The position numbers were made by a program, and so were the translations under genes. A stretch of 46,106 nucleotides of DNA from a virus (Duplodnaviria; Heunggongvirae; Uroviricota; Caudoviricetes): the IMG/VR virus record IMGVR_UViG_2563366942_000012; one strand, given 5' to 3'. This document shows positions 16,673 through 26,285 of this stretch, one piece after another. Each line of letters opens with the position of its first letter. Position 1 is the stretch's first letter. The notes beneath the pieces are model-generated. The model worked only from the letters and a program-made list of their open reading frames with translations, was not told the origin of the DNA and ran no database searches.

Positions 16673-18526
16673 ATGGCATTTAAACACTATGACGTGGTCA
16701 GGGCGGCATCGCCGTCAGACCTTGCGAAACGACTGACACAAAAACTGAAGGAGGGCTGGCAGCCGTTTGGTAGTCCGGTGGCCATAACCCCTTATACCCT
16801 GATGCAGGCGATTGCAGCAGAAGGTGATGTGGTCGTCAGTGGTGCAACTGAGCCGGAGTGGTACTACGTCATCGTACTGGCCGGGCAATCCAATGCCATG
16901 GCTTACGGTGAAGGGCTTCCGCTTCCGGATTCATACGATGCGCCCCATCCGCGCATTAAGCAACTGGCCCGTCGTAACACAGTGACTCCCGGTGGTGAAG
17001 TATGCGTATTTAACGACATCATTCCTGCTGACCATTGTCTGCATGATGTTCAGGATATGAGTACGATTAACCATCCCCGGGCTGACCTGAGCAAAGGGCA
17101 GTACGGCTGTGTCGGACAGGGCTTACATATTGCCAAAAAACTGCTTCCGTATATCCCTAATAATGCGGGGATCCTGCTGGTACCATGCTGTCGTGGTGGT
17201 TCGGCATTCACCCAGGGCACGGAGGGGACATTCAGCGAGTCCACGGGAGCCAGTCAGGATTCGGCTCGCTGGGGAGTGGGTAAGCCGTTATATCAGGATC
17301 TGCTTTTCCGCACGAAGGCAGCATTGCAGAAAAACCCGAAAAACGTTTTGCTGGCGATATGCTGGATGCAGGGGGAATTCGATATGACGAATGCCAGTTA
17401 CGCCCAGCAGCCAGCAGCATTTCTTGCAATGGTACAGCAGTTCCGTGCTGACCTTGCCGGGCTGGCGGCGCAGTGTCACGGTGGAAGTCCGGCATCAGTC
17501 CCCTGGATTTGTGGCGACACGACATACGCGTGGAAACAAGAACACGGTACGCAATATGAAGTGGTATATGGTGCATATAAAGGTAAAGAATCCCAGCAGA
17601 TTTATTTTGTTCCCTTTATGACCGATGGTAGCGGAGTTAATACACCGACAAACAACCCGTCAGAAGATCCTGATATTGCCGGGTCTGGTTATTACGGTTC
17701 GGCATCCCGAACGAACAAAAACTGGGTATCATCAAATCGCCCGACGCATTTCAGCTCATGGGCGCGTCGTGGCATTATTCCCGATCGTATGGCAACTGCT
17801 ATTCTGAACGTAGCCGGTCGCACCTTAGCCTTCATTAGTGGTAAGGCACCGGAAATCAAACCCTCGCCCGGCGGCGACACGCCATCGGGGCCGTCTGAAG
17901 ATGCATCCATACGCACAATCTCCCTGTTGCCGACAGCCGGAGACGCTGCTGCGCAGGGCTGGAGCATTAAGAATGGCGGAATTCAGTTGTCAGATGGTGT
18001 ATTTAAGATCACCAAGCAGAGCAATAAAGCCTGGTCCCTGACGCGCCCGGTGGATGACGCAGTCTCCCTGCTGACACGGGGTGGCAGACTGAGCTGTAAG
18101 TTTCGACTGTCAGGCGCACTGACCAACAACCAGTTCGGTCTGGGAATTTATCTGTATACCGATGTAGCGTTACCTGACGTCGTGGCGATGACCGGGACTG
18201 GTAACCCGTTCCTGATGTCGTTCTTCACCCAGACCACAGACGGCAAACTGAATCTGATGCATCACAAGAAAGCAGGAAACACAAAGTTGGGCGAGTTCGG
18301 GAATTACAGTAACGACTGGCAGACGCTGGAGCTGGTGTTCACCGCCGGCAGTGCCACGGTTACTCCGAAACTGAATGGAGTGGCTGGCCCGGCATTCCAG
18401 GTCATAAAAGACAGTCTGACACTGGGGCTGAATGCGCTGACGCTGACGGATATTACCAAAAATGCAGCGTATGGCGTTGAGATAGAAAGTCTGGTGCTGG
18501 AGATAAATGCACCGGCATCATCATAA
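16673..18526 (+). CDS. nanS-p: NanS-p-type sialate O-acetylesterase (SGNH/SASA domain)
   Basis: 617 aa; N-terminal MAFKHYDVVRA segment, esterase motif VIVLAGQSNAMAYGE; lies between the tRNA region and the holin as in Stx phages; GGGAGGA Shine-Dalgarno. Confidence 0.8.
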   Translation: MAFKHYDVVRAASPSDLAKRLTQKLKEGWQPFGSPVAITPYTLMQAIAAEGDVVVSGATEPEWYYVIVLAGQSNAMAYGEGLPLPDSYDAPHPRIKQLARRNTVTPGGEVCVFNDIIPADHCLHDVQDMSTINHPRADLSKGQYGCVGQGLHIAKKLLPYIPNNAGILLVPCCRGGSAFTQGTEGTFSESTGASQDSARWGVGKPLYQDLLFRTKAALQKNPKNVLLAICWMQGEFDMTNASYAQQPAAFLAMVQQFRADLAGLAAQCHGGSPASVPWICGDTTYAWKQEHGTQYEVVYGAYKGKESQQIYFVPFMTDGSGVNTPTNNPSEDPDIAGSGYYGSASRTNKNWVSSNRPTHFSSWARRGIIPDRMATAILNVAGRTLAFISGKAPEIKPSPGGDTPSGPSEDASIRTISLLPTAGDAAAQGWSIKNGGIQLSDGVFKITKQSNKAWSLTRPVDDAVSLLTRGGRLSCKFRLSGALTNNQFGLGIYLYTDVALPDVVAMTGTGNPFLMSFFTQTTDGKLNLMHHKKAGNTKLGEFGNYSNDWQTLELVFTAGSATVTPKLNGVAGPAFQVIKDSLTLGLNALTLTDITKNAAYGVEIESLVLEINAPASS

Positions 18527-18676
18527 AAAGTGAGCCAGCCAAATGGAAGGTATCGTTAAACTCACCGGTAGTGTCAGTGGGTCGTCTGAGATGCCTGCAT
18601 GAGTTATCAGAGCCATCAGTACTTAACTGGTGGCTTTTTTTATTGTTGTCAGCTTCCGGATAACGGGAGACGGGGT

Positions 18677-18892
18677 ATGTACCAGATGGAAAAAATCACA
18701 ACAGGTGTGTCATACACCACGTCAGCGGTGGGAACGGGCTACTGGTTCCTGCAGTTGCTGGACAGGGTTTCCCCGTCTCAGTGGGCGGCAATAGGCGTGC
18801 TGGGGAGTCTGCTGTTTGGGCTGCTGACATATCTGACTAACCTGTATTTCAAAATCAGAGAGGACCGTCGTAAGGCTGCACGGGGAGAGTAA
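18677..18892 (+). CDS. S: Holin, phage-21 S-type (pinholin-like)
   Basis: 71 aa [71 protein letters not shown]; two transmembrane segments; GGGAGA Shine-Dalgarno. Confidence 0.85.
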   Translation: MYQMEKITTGVSYTTSAVGTGYWFLQLLDRVSPSQWAAIGVLGSLLFGLLTYLTNLYFKIREDRRKAARGE

Positions 18893-18896
18893 TTCA

Positions 18897-19241
18897 ATGA
18901 CTCAAAACTATGAACTGATTGTGAAAGGGATCCGCAATTTTGAGAATAAAGTTACGGTAACTTTAGCGTTACGGGACAAAAAACGCTTTGACGGTGAAAT
19001 TTTTGACCTGGACATCTCGCTGGACCGTGTTGAAGGTGCCTCGCTGGAGTTTTATGAGGCAGCAGCCAGAAGGAGCATCAGACAGGTCTTCCTGGATGTT
19101 GCTGCCGGGTTATGTGAAGGGGATGAGCAGTCGCCGGAAAAGCGCCCCGTAATTTTAGAGGCGCAGGATGTGTTGATAACCTACAGAGGAAAACTACCGG
19201 GAATAATTACGGGTTCTCTGAAGAGTCCGCCGAAATGGTAA
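18897..19241 (+). CDS. Protein of unknown function inserted between holin and endolysin (YdfR-like by position)
   Basis: 114 aa ORF starting 5 nt after the holin stop; soluble, no recognised motif. Confidence 0.5.
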   Translation: MTQNYELIVKGIRNFENKVTVTLALRDKKRFDGEIFDLDISLDRVEGASLEFYEAAARRSIRQVFLDVAAGLCEGDEQSPEKRPVILEAQDVLITYRGKLPGIITGSLKSPPKW

Positions 19242-19479
19242 TTTTACCAGCATATTTTTCATCCAGTAATACAGCAAGCCGCCTGAAAGAGTCTTGTTGT
19301 TCCTGAGACCATTTGGGATTGCATGATTCAAACTGGATTGATGCCAGCGTTGATTGCATCTGTTCCCTTGGAATTGAGAATGCCAGATATGAGAAGGCGA
19401 CGGTAAGGGTATTCACGTCTTCCCGAAGCCTGGAAATGCTGTCGAGCAACTCCTGTAGAGAAATGGTGTTATTGTCCAT
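19207..19479 (-). CDS. Hypothetical antisense-oriented ORF between holin and endolysin
   Basis: 90 aa ORF convergent with 18897..19241 (35 bp 3' overlap); AGGA Shine-Dalgarno 7 nt upstream of ATG; no homology recognised. Confidence 0.3.
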   Translation of the reverse strand: MDNNTISLQELLDSISRLREDVNTLTVAFSYLAFSIPREQMQSTLASIQFESCNPKWSQEQQDSFRRLAVLLDEKYAGKITISADSSENP

Positions 19480-19584
19480 AAATAATCCTCATGATTGTAT
19501 TGACCTGTTAGCAGCCTGAGGCAACAGGCTGGAACTGATAAACATATCTAGGGCTCAGAAACCGATAAATCCTGATAAATATCC

Positions 19585-20118
19585 ATGAACGCAAAAATCA
19601 GATACGGCCTGTCGGCTGCCGTTCTGGCGCTGATTGCCGCTGGTGCGCCTGCGCCTGACATTCTCGACCAGTTTCTGGATGAAAAGGAAGGTAACCACAC
19701 CACGGCATACCGTGATGGCGCGGGTATCTGGACCATCTGCCGCGGTGCCATCCTGGTGGATGGCAAACCTGTCGTTCCGGGCATGAAGTTGTCGAAGGAA
19801 AAATGCGACCGGGTTAACGCCATTGAGCGTGATAAGGCGCTGGCATGGGTGGAGAAAAACATCAGAGTGCCATTGAGTGAACCCCAGAAAGCGGGGATCG
19901 CGTCATTCTGTCCGTACAACATTGGTCCCGGTAAGTGTTTCCCGTCGACGTTTTATAAACGAATTAATGCAGGTGATCGCAGGGGAGCGTGTGAGGCGAT
20001 TCGCTGGTGGATTAAGGACGGTGGCAGAGACTGCCGTGTCCGCTCAAATAACTGTTATGGTCAGGTATCCCGTCGTGACCAGGAGAGCGCGCTGGCGTGC
20101 TGGGGAATCGACAGATAA
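19585..20118 (+). CDS. R: SAR endolysin (lysozyme R, T4-lysozyme-like fold)
   Basis: 177 aa; N-terminal signal-arrest-release hydrophobic segment LSAAVLALIAAGAPA, catalytic E/D/T region EKEGNHTTAYRDGAGIWTICRG; closely resembles remembered RrrQ-type lysozymes. Confidence 0.85.
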   Translation: MNAKIRYGLSAAVLALIAAGAPAPDILDQFLDEKEGNHTTAYRDGAGIWTICRGAILVDGKPVVPGMKLSKEKCDRVNAIERDKALAWVEKNIRVPLSEPQKAGIASFCPYNIGPGKCFPSTFYKRINAGDRRGACEAIRWWIKDGGRDCRVRSNNCYGQVSRRDQESALACWGIDR

Positions 20119-20277
20119 GCAGAATATTTTGCTGAAAAATAAGGTATGGCCACGCGGGCGGATAACACGAAATCCTGCGAACTGGCGAAACGTAAGTGAA
20201 TAAAAGTAAAAACCCCGTTTGTTGGCACCAAGCGGGGTTTTGTGTTTCCTGACTCCGGAAAAGTCAAAGGAGAAAGT

Positions 20278-20415
20278 GTGTTTGATTTTAGCAAACTGAT
20301 TCGGGAGATTCGAGTGATGGCTGAAAAATTATCCACCTGGAAGTTCATTCTTATCTGGCTGGTGTTTGTGATTATGGCCTCCGGTTATTTCATCGGTCAG
20401 ATACGCTGGTGGTGA
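20278..20415 (+). CDS. Candidate small membrane peptide between R and Rz
   Basis: 45 codons from GTG (AAGGAG 5 nt upstream) or 32 from internal ATG; one hydrophobic helix ([19 protein letters not shown]); stop is 1 nt before the Rz start codon. Below the ORF-track length cut-off; read directly from the sequence. Confidence 0.35.
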   Translation: MFDFSKLIREIRVMAEKLSTWKFILIWLVFVIMASGYFIGQIRWW

Positions 20416-20416
20416 A

Positions 20417-20884
20417 ATGAACCGCGTACTGTGCGTGGTCATCATTGCCCTGCTGGTGGCCTGTGGTGCGCTTAGTCTGGGGCTGAATCATTACCGTGAT
20501 AACGCCATTACCTACAAAGCCCAGCGCGACAAAAATGTCAGAGAACTGAAGCTGGCGAACGCGGCAATTACTGACATGCAGATGCGTCAGCGTGATGTTG
20601 CTGCGCTCGATGCAAAATACACGAAGGAGTTAGCTGATGCGAAAGCTGAAAATGAAACTCTTCGCGCTGACGTTGCCGCTGGTCGTAAGCGCCTGCGTAT
20701 CAACGCCACCTGTCCAGGTCCCGTGCGTGAAGCCACCGGCACCGCCCGCGTGGATAATGCAACCGGCCCCCAACTGGCAGACACCGTTACACGGGATTAT
20801 TTCACCCTCAGAGAGCGGCTGATGACGATGCAGAAGCAACTGGAAGGGGCGCAGGAATATATCCGTACTCAGTGCCTGAAATAA
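20417..20884 (+). CDS. Rz: Spanin, inner-membrane subunit Rz
   Basis: 155 aa; N-terminal transmembrane segment, coiled-coil periplasmic domain; Rz1 embedded in +1 frame. Confidence 0.85.
   Translation: MNRVLCVVIIALLVACGALSLGLNHYRDNAITYKAQRDKNVRELKLANAAITDMQMRQRDVAALDAKYTKELADAKAENETLRADVAAGRKRLRINATCPGPVREATGTARVDNATGPQLADTVTRDYFTLRERLMTMQKQLEGAQEYIRTQCLK
20637..20822 (+). CDS. Rz1: Spanin, outer-membrane lipoprotein subunit Rz1
   Basis: 61 aa embedded in Rz in a different frame; signal peptide with lipobox LVVSAC and proline-rich mature region. Confidence 0.8.
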   Translation: MRKLKMKLFALTLPLVVSACVSTPPVQVPCVKPPAPPAWIMQPAPNWQTPLHGIISPSESG

Positions 20885-21507
20885 GTTTTGTTGATGCGCC
20901 GTATCGTCGCTGTATTCCCTCATTAACAGAGACCGCAGCCCGACAGGGAGACTCCTCTGCGCGAGTGTGCGGGGATAATCAAAAACGATACACACCGGGG
21001 TTTACCGCGTTAACGGAGCGCGGCGTTGTCCCCTCATAGTCGCCTGTCCGGTGCGATGGTGGAAGAAACCGGATGTTTATCACTATTAATTGATGACACA
21101 GAAATGGATTCATTGAATTTCAGCACGTTTTTGTATTCGTGTTATTGAACATCTGTTTATTTTACTTTTAACATATTGATAATAAAAAGAGCTGTAAATC
21201 TTTAGATGAGTCGATTTTGTCCGGGGAAGTTCAAATGGATTTTATGCTGACGGTTTCTGGTGTGGTTATCCTGTCCATTGCTTATACTGCAGATAAATAT
21301 GGCTGCCATTTGTTATCACGTATTGGCGCTTATTGTTCGTTGATGCTGATTTTCTCGTCGCTTTTTTTTGAGTAAGTTATATTAATTATAACAAATAATT
21401 TTCTGTGTTATTTTTTCAGGCTATCCCGTCAGAGGGGAAGCCTGTACTGCCGGGGAGCGAATGGAAAACTGATGTGTCCGGTAACTGCGTGTTCTGTGAA
21501 CACCATG

Positions 21508-21693
21508 TTACTTAATTATGTAATTCATACCCGAACTCTCTGTTGACAGCCTTCTTCTGCAGGCTTCAATAACCCACGCTGAAAAGTTTCCTGAACCTTT
21601 CAGATCAAGAGCGATGTTAATTTGTTCAATCATCTGGTTTGGAAATCGGATGTTGCGGGTTGTTGTTCTGCGGGTTCTGTTCTTTGATGACAT
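21508..21693 (-). CDS. Ribbon-helix-helix-like small DNA-binding protein
   Basis: 61 aa; basic N-terminus then IRFPNQMIEQINIALDLKG...FSAWVIEACRRRL consistent with a beta-alpha-alpha RHH fold; in an AT-rich block between Rz and cos; palindrome ATCAATTA-n17-TAATTGAT upstream. Confidence 0.5.
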   Translation of the reverse strand: MSSKNRTRRTTTRNIRFPNQMIEQINIALDLKGSGNFSAWVIEACRRRLSTESSGMNYIIK

Positions 21694-21879
21694 AATGTTT
21701 CCCCATATTCAGTGTTGCTGATTTGTATTATCTGAAGTTGCTTTTACGTTAATTTGATGCAGATCAATTAATACGATACCTGCGTCATAATTGATTATTT
21801 CTCGTGGTTTGATGGCGTACACACATGTTGTGATAAACCTTATATAGATGATAATCATTATCATTTTCGTGGGTCCTTT

Positions 21880-22080
21880 CCGGCGATCCGACCGGTTACG
21901 GGGCGGCGACCTCGCGGATTTTCACTATTTATGAAAATTTTCCGGGATCCATGTCCGGTTTCTCTGCAAGTTAACCATATGAAAAATATAAAAACATGCT
22001 TTCCATGAACCGGACATGCGCAAAAAATAGACACTAAAACCGGACATGACCGGTTTTGTTGTGATTGTGAGGTGAGAGTT
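21880..22080 (+). other. cos: cos site: cosN with lambda-identical 12-nt cohesive-end sequence (21901..21912) plus cosB-like terminase-binding repeats
   Basis: GGTTACG-GGGCGGCGACCT-CGCGGATTTTCACTATTTATGAAAATTTTCC matches the lambda genome ends as I remember them; downstream three copies of CCGGACATG (one inverted) at about 21950, 22010 and 22040 with an AT-rich spacer. Confidence 0.8.
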
Positions 22081-22096
22081 TTTTGCGAGGTGAGGA

Positions 22097-22606
22097 GTGG
22101 CTACGCAGACTGAAGTTGCCAGGCATTTAAGTCTGACCGATCGCCAGCTTCGCAGATTGCAGAAATTGCCGGGTGCCCCGATATCGAATAAGCGAGGGCA
22201 ACTGGATCTGGATGCCTGGCGCGATTTTTACATATCGTATCTGAGAAGAAGTAAAAACGATGTGCCTGATGGCGATAGCGAAGACGACTATGAGGAGAAA
22301 TTGCTTATTGCCAGATGGGAACTGACAGCAGAACAGGCTGTTACACAGCAGTTAAAAAATGAGGTGTCAAAAGGAAAACTTATTGACACCGGGTTCTGTA
22401 TTTTTGCCCTCAGCAAGCTGGCAATGGCGTTATCCAGTACGCTTGATTCCATCCCTTTATCCATGCAGCGACAGTTTCCTGATTTAACACCGCGCCATCT
22501 TGACCATCTGAAAACCCTTATTGCGAAGGGGGCAAATCAGTGTGCGCGGGCGGGGGATAAATTACCGGATTTACTCGATGAATATATCAGAGCAACAACT
22601 GAATAA
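22097..22606 (+). CDS. nu1: Terminase small subunit (Nu1-like, with a divergent N-terminal DNA-binding domain)
   Basis: 169 aa from GTG; C-terminal half aligns with remembered lambda Nu1 (FCIFALSKLA..., LPDLLDEYI); overlaps the terminase large subunit start. Confidence 0.8.
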   Translation: MATQTEVARHLSLTDRQLRRLQKLPGAPISNKRGQLDLDAWRDFYISYLRRSKNDVPDGDSEDDYEEKLLIARWELTAEQAVTQQLKNEVSKGKLIDTGFCIFALSKLAMALSSTLDSIPLSMQRQFPDLTPRHLDHLKTLIAKGANQCARAGDKLPDLLDEYIRATTE

Positions 22607-24506
22607 TATGATGAGTGCTGTCACAACAGCATTACAGCCCCTGATAAGGGCATTGCCGGTGACGCCAGTTGAATGGGCTGATCAAAATTATTATCTGCCT
22701 AAAGAATCTTCATATGGTGAGGGAGAATGGAAAACGCTGCCGTTCCAGATCGCCATCATGAACAGCATGGGGAATGATCAGATCCGGACTGTTAATCTGA
22801 TTAAATCTGCCCGTGTTGGCTATACAAAGATGTTGCTGGGAGTCGCCGGGTATTTTATTGAGCATAAATCCCGAAACAGTCTGCTTTTTCAGCCCACGGA
22901 TTCTGCCGCTGAAGATTTTATGAAGTCTCACGTGGAGGCGACGATTCGCGATGTTCCCTGCCTGAAAAAACTTTCTCCCTGGCTGGGACGTAAACATCGT
23001 GATAATACCATCACGCTGAAACGCTTTTCATCGGGTGTGGGCTTCTGGTGCCTGGGCGGCGCTGCCGCCAAAAACTACCGTGAAAAATCCGTGGACGTGG
23101 TCTGCTATGACGAACTTTCCTCGTTCGAGCCGGATGTCGAAAAAGAGGGCTCGCCAACCCTGCTGGGGGATAAGCGTATTGAGGGCTCGGTATGGCCAAA
23201 ATCCATTCGCGGCTCGACGCCTAAAATAAAAGGCTCCTGCCAGATCGAAAAAGCGGCCAACGAGTCGGCGCATTTCATGCGTTTTTATGTGCCCTGCCCG
23301 CACTGTGGGGAGGCGCAGTATCTGAAATTTGGCGATGAGTCCACGCCTTTTGGCCTTAAATGGGAGAAGGACAGCCCCGAAAGCGTTTTCTACCTCTGTG
23401 AACATCATGGCTGCGTGATCCATCAGTCTGAGCTTGACCAGAGCAACGGGCGGTGGATCTGTGAAAACACGGGGATGTGGACCCGCGACGGTCTGACGTT
23501 TTTCAGCGCCGCGGATAATGAAATTCCGCCGCCGCGCTCCATCACATTCCATATCTGGACGGCGTACAGTCCGTTCACCACCTGGGTACAGATTGTCTAT
23601 GACTGGCTGGATGCACTGAAAGATCCCAACGGCCTGAAAACCTTTGTGAACACCACGCTGGGCGAGACCTGGGAAGAGGCCGTGGGCGAAAAACTCGATC
23701 ACCAGGTGCTGATGGATAAGGTTGTGCGTTACACGGCGGCGGTGCCTGCCCGGGTGGTTTATCTGACGGCGGGCATTGACTCGCAGCGAAACCGTTTTGA
23801 GATGTATGTCTGGGGATGGGCTCCGGGAGAGGAAGCCTTTCTGGTGGATAAAATCATCATTATGGGGCGTCCCGATGAGGAAGAGACGCTGTTACGTGTG
23901 GATGCGGCGATCAACAAAAAATACCGCCATGCAGACGGAACCGAAATGACCATTTCCCGTGTCTGCTGGGACACCGGGGGGATCGATGGCGAAATCGTCT
24001 ATCAGAGGTCAAAAAAACACGGTGTTTTCCGGGTGCTGCCGGTAAAAGGCGCATCTGTCTATGGCAAGCCGGTGATCACCATGCCAAAAACCCGCAATCA
24101 GCGGGGCGTGTATCTGTGCGAAGTGGGGACGGACACCGCAAAAGAAATTCTCTATGCCCGTATGAAAGCCGATCCCACGCCTGCGGATGAAGCCACGTCG
24201 TATGCCATCCGTTTTCCTGATGATCCGGAGATTTTTTCGCAGACAGAGGCGCAGCAACTGGTGGCGGAAGAGCTTGTGGAGAAGTGGGAAAAAGGAAAGA
24301 TGCGTCTGCTGTGGGATAACAAAAAGCGGCGTAACGAAGCGCTGGACTGCCTGGTGTATGCCTACGCGGCATTACGTGTGTCCGTGCAACGCTGGCAGCT
24401 TGATCTGGCTGTACTGGCAAAATCCCGGGAAGAAGAGACGACCCGGCCAACCCTTAAAGAACTGGCAGCGAAGCTGTCCGGAGGAGTGAATGGTTACAGT
24501 CGCTGA
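22578..24506 (+). CDS. A: Terminase large subunit (gpA-like)
   Basis: Strong similarity along its length to remembered lambda gpA (VEWADQNYYLPKESSYGEGEWKTLPFQ, KNYREKSVDV, CPHCGEAQYLKFGD, FVNTTLGETWE); start at MNISEQQ. Confidence 0.9.
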   Translation: MNISEQQLNNMMSAVTTALQPLIRALPVTPVEWADQNYYLPKESSYGEGEWKTLPFQIAIMNSMGNDQIRTVNLIKSARVGYTKMLLGVAGYFIEHKSRNSLLFQPTDSAAEDFMKSHVEATIRDVPCLKKLSPWLGRKHRDNTITLKRFSSGVGFWCLGGAAAKNYREKSVDVVCYDELSSFEPDVEKEGSPTLLGDKRIEGSVWPKSIRGSTPKIKGSCQIEKAANESAHFMRFYVPCPHCGEAQYLKFGDESTPFGLKWEKDSPESVFYLCEHHGCVIHQSELDQSNGRWICENTGMWTRDGLTFFSAADNEIPPPRSITFHIWTAYSPFTTWVQIVYDWLDALKDPNGLKTFVNTTLGETWEEAVGEKLDHQVLMDKVVRYTAAVPARVVYLTAGIDSQRNRFEMYVWGWAPGEEAFLVDKIIIMGRPDEEETLLRVDAAINKKYRHADGTEMTISRVCWDTGGIDGEIVYQRSKKHGVFRVLPVKGASVYGKPVITMPKTRNQRGVYLCEVGTDTAKEILYARMKADPTPADEATSYAIRFPDDPEIFSQTEAQQLVAEELVEKWEKGKMRLLWDNKKRRNEALDCLVYAYAALRVSVQRWQLDLAVLAKSREEETTRPTLKELAAKLSGGVNGYSR

Positions 24507-24696
24507 ACTGCAGGCGCTGCGTCAGGCGCGCCTTGATTTATTAACCGGTAAACGGGTGGTGTCTGTCCAGAAAGATGGTCGCAGAATTGAATATACGGCG
24601 GCTTCTCTGGATGAGCTTAACCGGGCGATCAATGATGCGGAGTCGGTACTGGGGACAACCCGGCGTCGCCGTCGTCCGCTGGGAGTGAGGTTATGA
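24490..24696 (+). CDS. W: Head-tail joining protein gpW
   Basis: 68 aa; LTGKRVVSVQKDGRRIEYTAASLDEL matches lambda W. Confidence 0.85.
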   Translation: MVTVAELQALRQARLDLLTGKRVVSVQKDGRRIEYTAASLDELNRAINDAESVLGTTRRRRRPLGVRL

Positions 24697-26285
24697 AACG
24701 AACGCCTGTCCTGATTGATGTGAACGGCGTTCCGCTTCGTGAGAGCCTCAGCTACAACGGGGGCGGTGCAGGATTTGGCGGGCAAATGGCTGAGTGGTTG
24801 CCACCGGCGCAGAGTGCCGATGCGGCCCTGCTGCCCGCGTTGCGTCTGGGGAATGCCCGGGCAGATGATCTGGTGCGCAATAACGGAATAGCGGCCAATG
24901 CGGTGGCCCTGCATAAGGATCACATTGTCGGGCATATGTTTCTGATCAGCTACCGTCCGAACTGGCGCTGGCTGGGGATGCGGGAGACCGCAGCAAAAAG
25001 CTTTGTCGATGAGGTGGAGGCGGCCTGGTCGGAATACGCCGAAGGGATGTTTGGCGAGATCGACGTGGAAGGAAAACGCACGTTCACGGAATTTATCCGT
25101 GAAGGTGTGGGCGTTCATGCGTTTAACGGCGAAATCTTTGTGCAGCCGGTCTGGGATACGGAAACCACGCAGTTATTCCGTACGCGTTTTAAAGCCGTGA
25201 GTCCGAAACGGGTGGACACGCCTGGACACGGTATGGGGAACCGTTTTCTGCGGGCCGGTGTGGAGGTCGATCGATATGGCCGTGCCGTCGCGTACCATAT
25301 CTGTGAGGATGATTTTCCGTTCTCTGGTAGTGGACGATGGGAACGGATCCCGCGTGAACTTCCCACCGGGCGTCCGGCCATGCTGCATATTTTCGAGCCG
25401 GTGGAGGACGGGCAGACCCGTGGGGCTAATCAGTTTTACAGCGTCATGGAACGGCTGAAGATGCTCGATTCCCTGCAGGCAACACAGCTTCAGTCGGCCA
25501 TAGTGAAGGCGATGTATGCAGCGACGATTGAAAGTGAACTTGATACCGAAAAGGCCTTTGAATATATCGCCGGCGCGCCACAGGAGCAGAAGGATAATCC
25601 GCTTATTAATATTCTGGAGAAGTTTTCCAGCTGGTATGACACGAATAACGTGACACTGGGCGGTGTCAAAATTCCGCACCTTTTCCCTGGTGATGATCTG
25701 AAACTACAGACTGCGCAGGATTCAGACAATGGATTTTCTGCGCTTGAACAGGCGCTGCTGCGGTATATCGCCGCCGGTCTTGGCGTTTCCTACGAACAGT
25801 TGTCCCGTGATTACTCGAAGGTCAGTTACTCAAGTGCCCGCGCCTCCGCCAATGAGTCGTGGCGCTATTTTATGGGGCGGCGAAAATTTATTGCGGCCCG
25901 GCTGGCCACGCAGATGTTTTCCTGCTGGCTGGAAGAGGCACTTCTTCGGGGGATTATTCGTCCGCCACGGGCACGTTTTGATTTTTATCAGGCGCGATCA
26001 GCCTGGTCACGGGCAGAGTGGATTGGTGCCGGAAGAATGGCCATTGACGGGCTCAAGGAAGTCCAGGAATCAGTGATGCGCATTGAGGCCGGACTGAGCA
26101 CGTATGAGAAAGAGCTGGCGCTGATGGGCGAGGATTATCAGGACATTTTCCGCCAGCAGGTCAGGGAATCTGCTGAGCGGCAAAAAGCCGGACTCTCACG
26201 TCCGGTGTGGATAGAGCAGGCGTATCAGCAGCAGATAGCGGAGAGTCGCAGGCCGGAAGAGGAGACAACACCACGTGAGACGTAA
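24693..26285 (+). CDS. B: Portal protein gpB
   Basis: 530 aa, position and size as lambda B; follows W with overlapping stop/start. Confidence 0.85.
   Translation: MKRTPVLIDVNGVPLRESLSYNGGGAGFGGQMAEWLPPAQSADAALLPALRLGNARADDLVRNNGIAANAVALHKDHIVGHMFLISYRPNWRWLGMRETAAKSFVDEVEAAWSEYAEGMFGEIDVEGKRTFTEFIREGVGVHAFNGEIFVQPVWDTETTQLFRTRFKAVSPKRVDTPGHGMGNRFLRAGVEVDRYGRAVAYHICEDDFPFSGSGRWERIPRELPTGRPAMLHIFEPVEDGQTRGANQFYSVMERLKMLDSLQATQLQSAIVKAMYAATIESELDTEKAFEYIAGAPQEQKDNPLINILEKFSSWYDTNNVTLGGVKIPHLFPGDDLKLQTAQDSDNGFSALEQALLRYIAAGLGVSYEQLSRDYSKVSYSSARASANESWRYFMGRRKFIAARLATQMFSCWLEEALLRGIIRPPRARFDFYQARSAWSRAEWIGAGRMAIDGLKEVQESVMRIEAGLSTYEKELALMGEDYQDIFRQQVRESAERQKAGLSRPVWIEQAYQQQIAESRRPEEETTPRET

Noticed and set aside
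20885-21060. bor-like lipoprotein gene downstream of Rz
   Set aside because: No ORF with a lipoprotein signal peptide on either strand in this interval.
23028-23702. 224 aa minus-strand ORF inside the terminase large subunit gene
   Set aside because: Antisense to a near-lambda-identical terminase sequence; no independent support.
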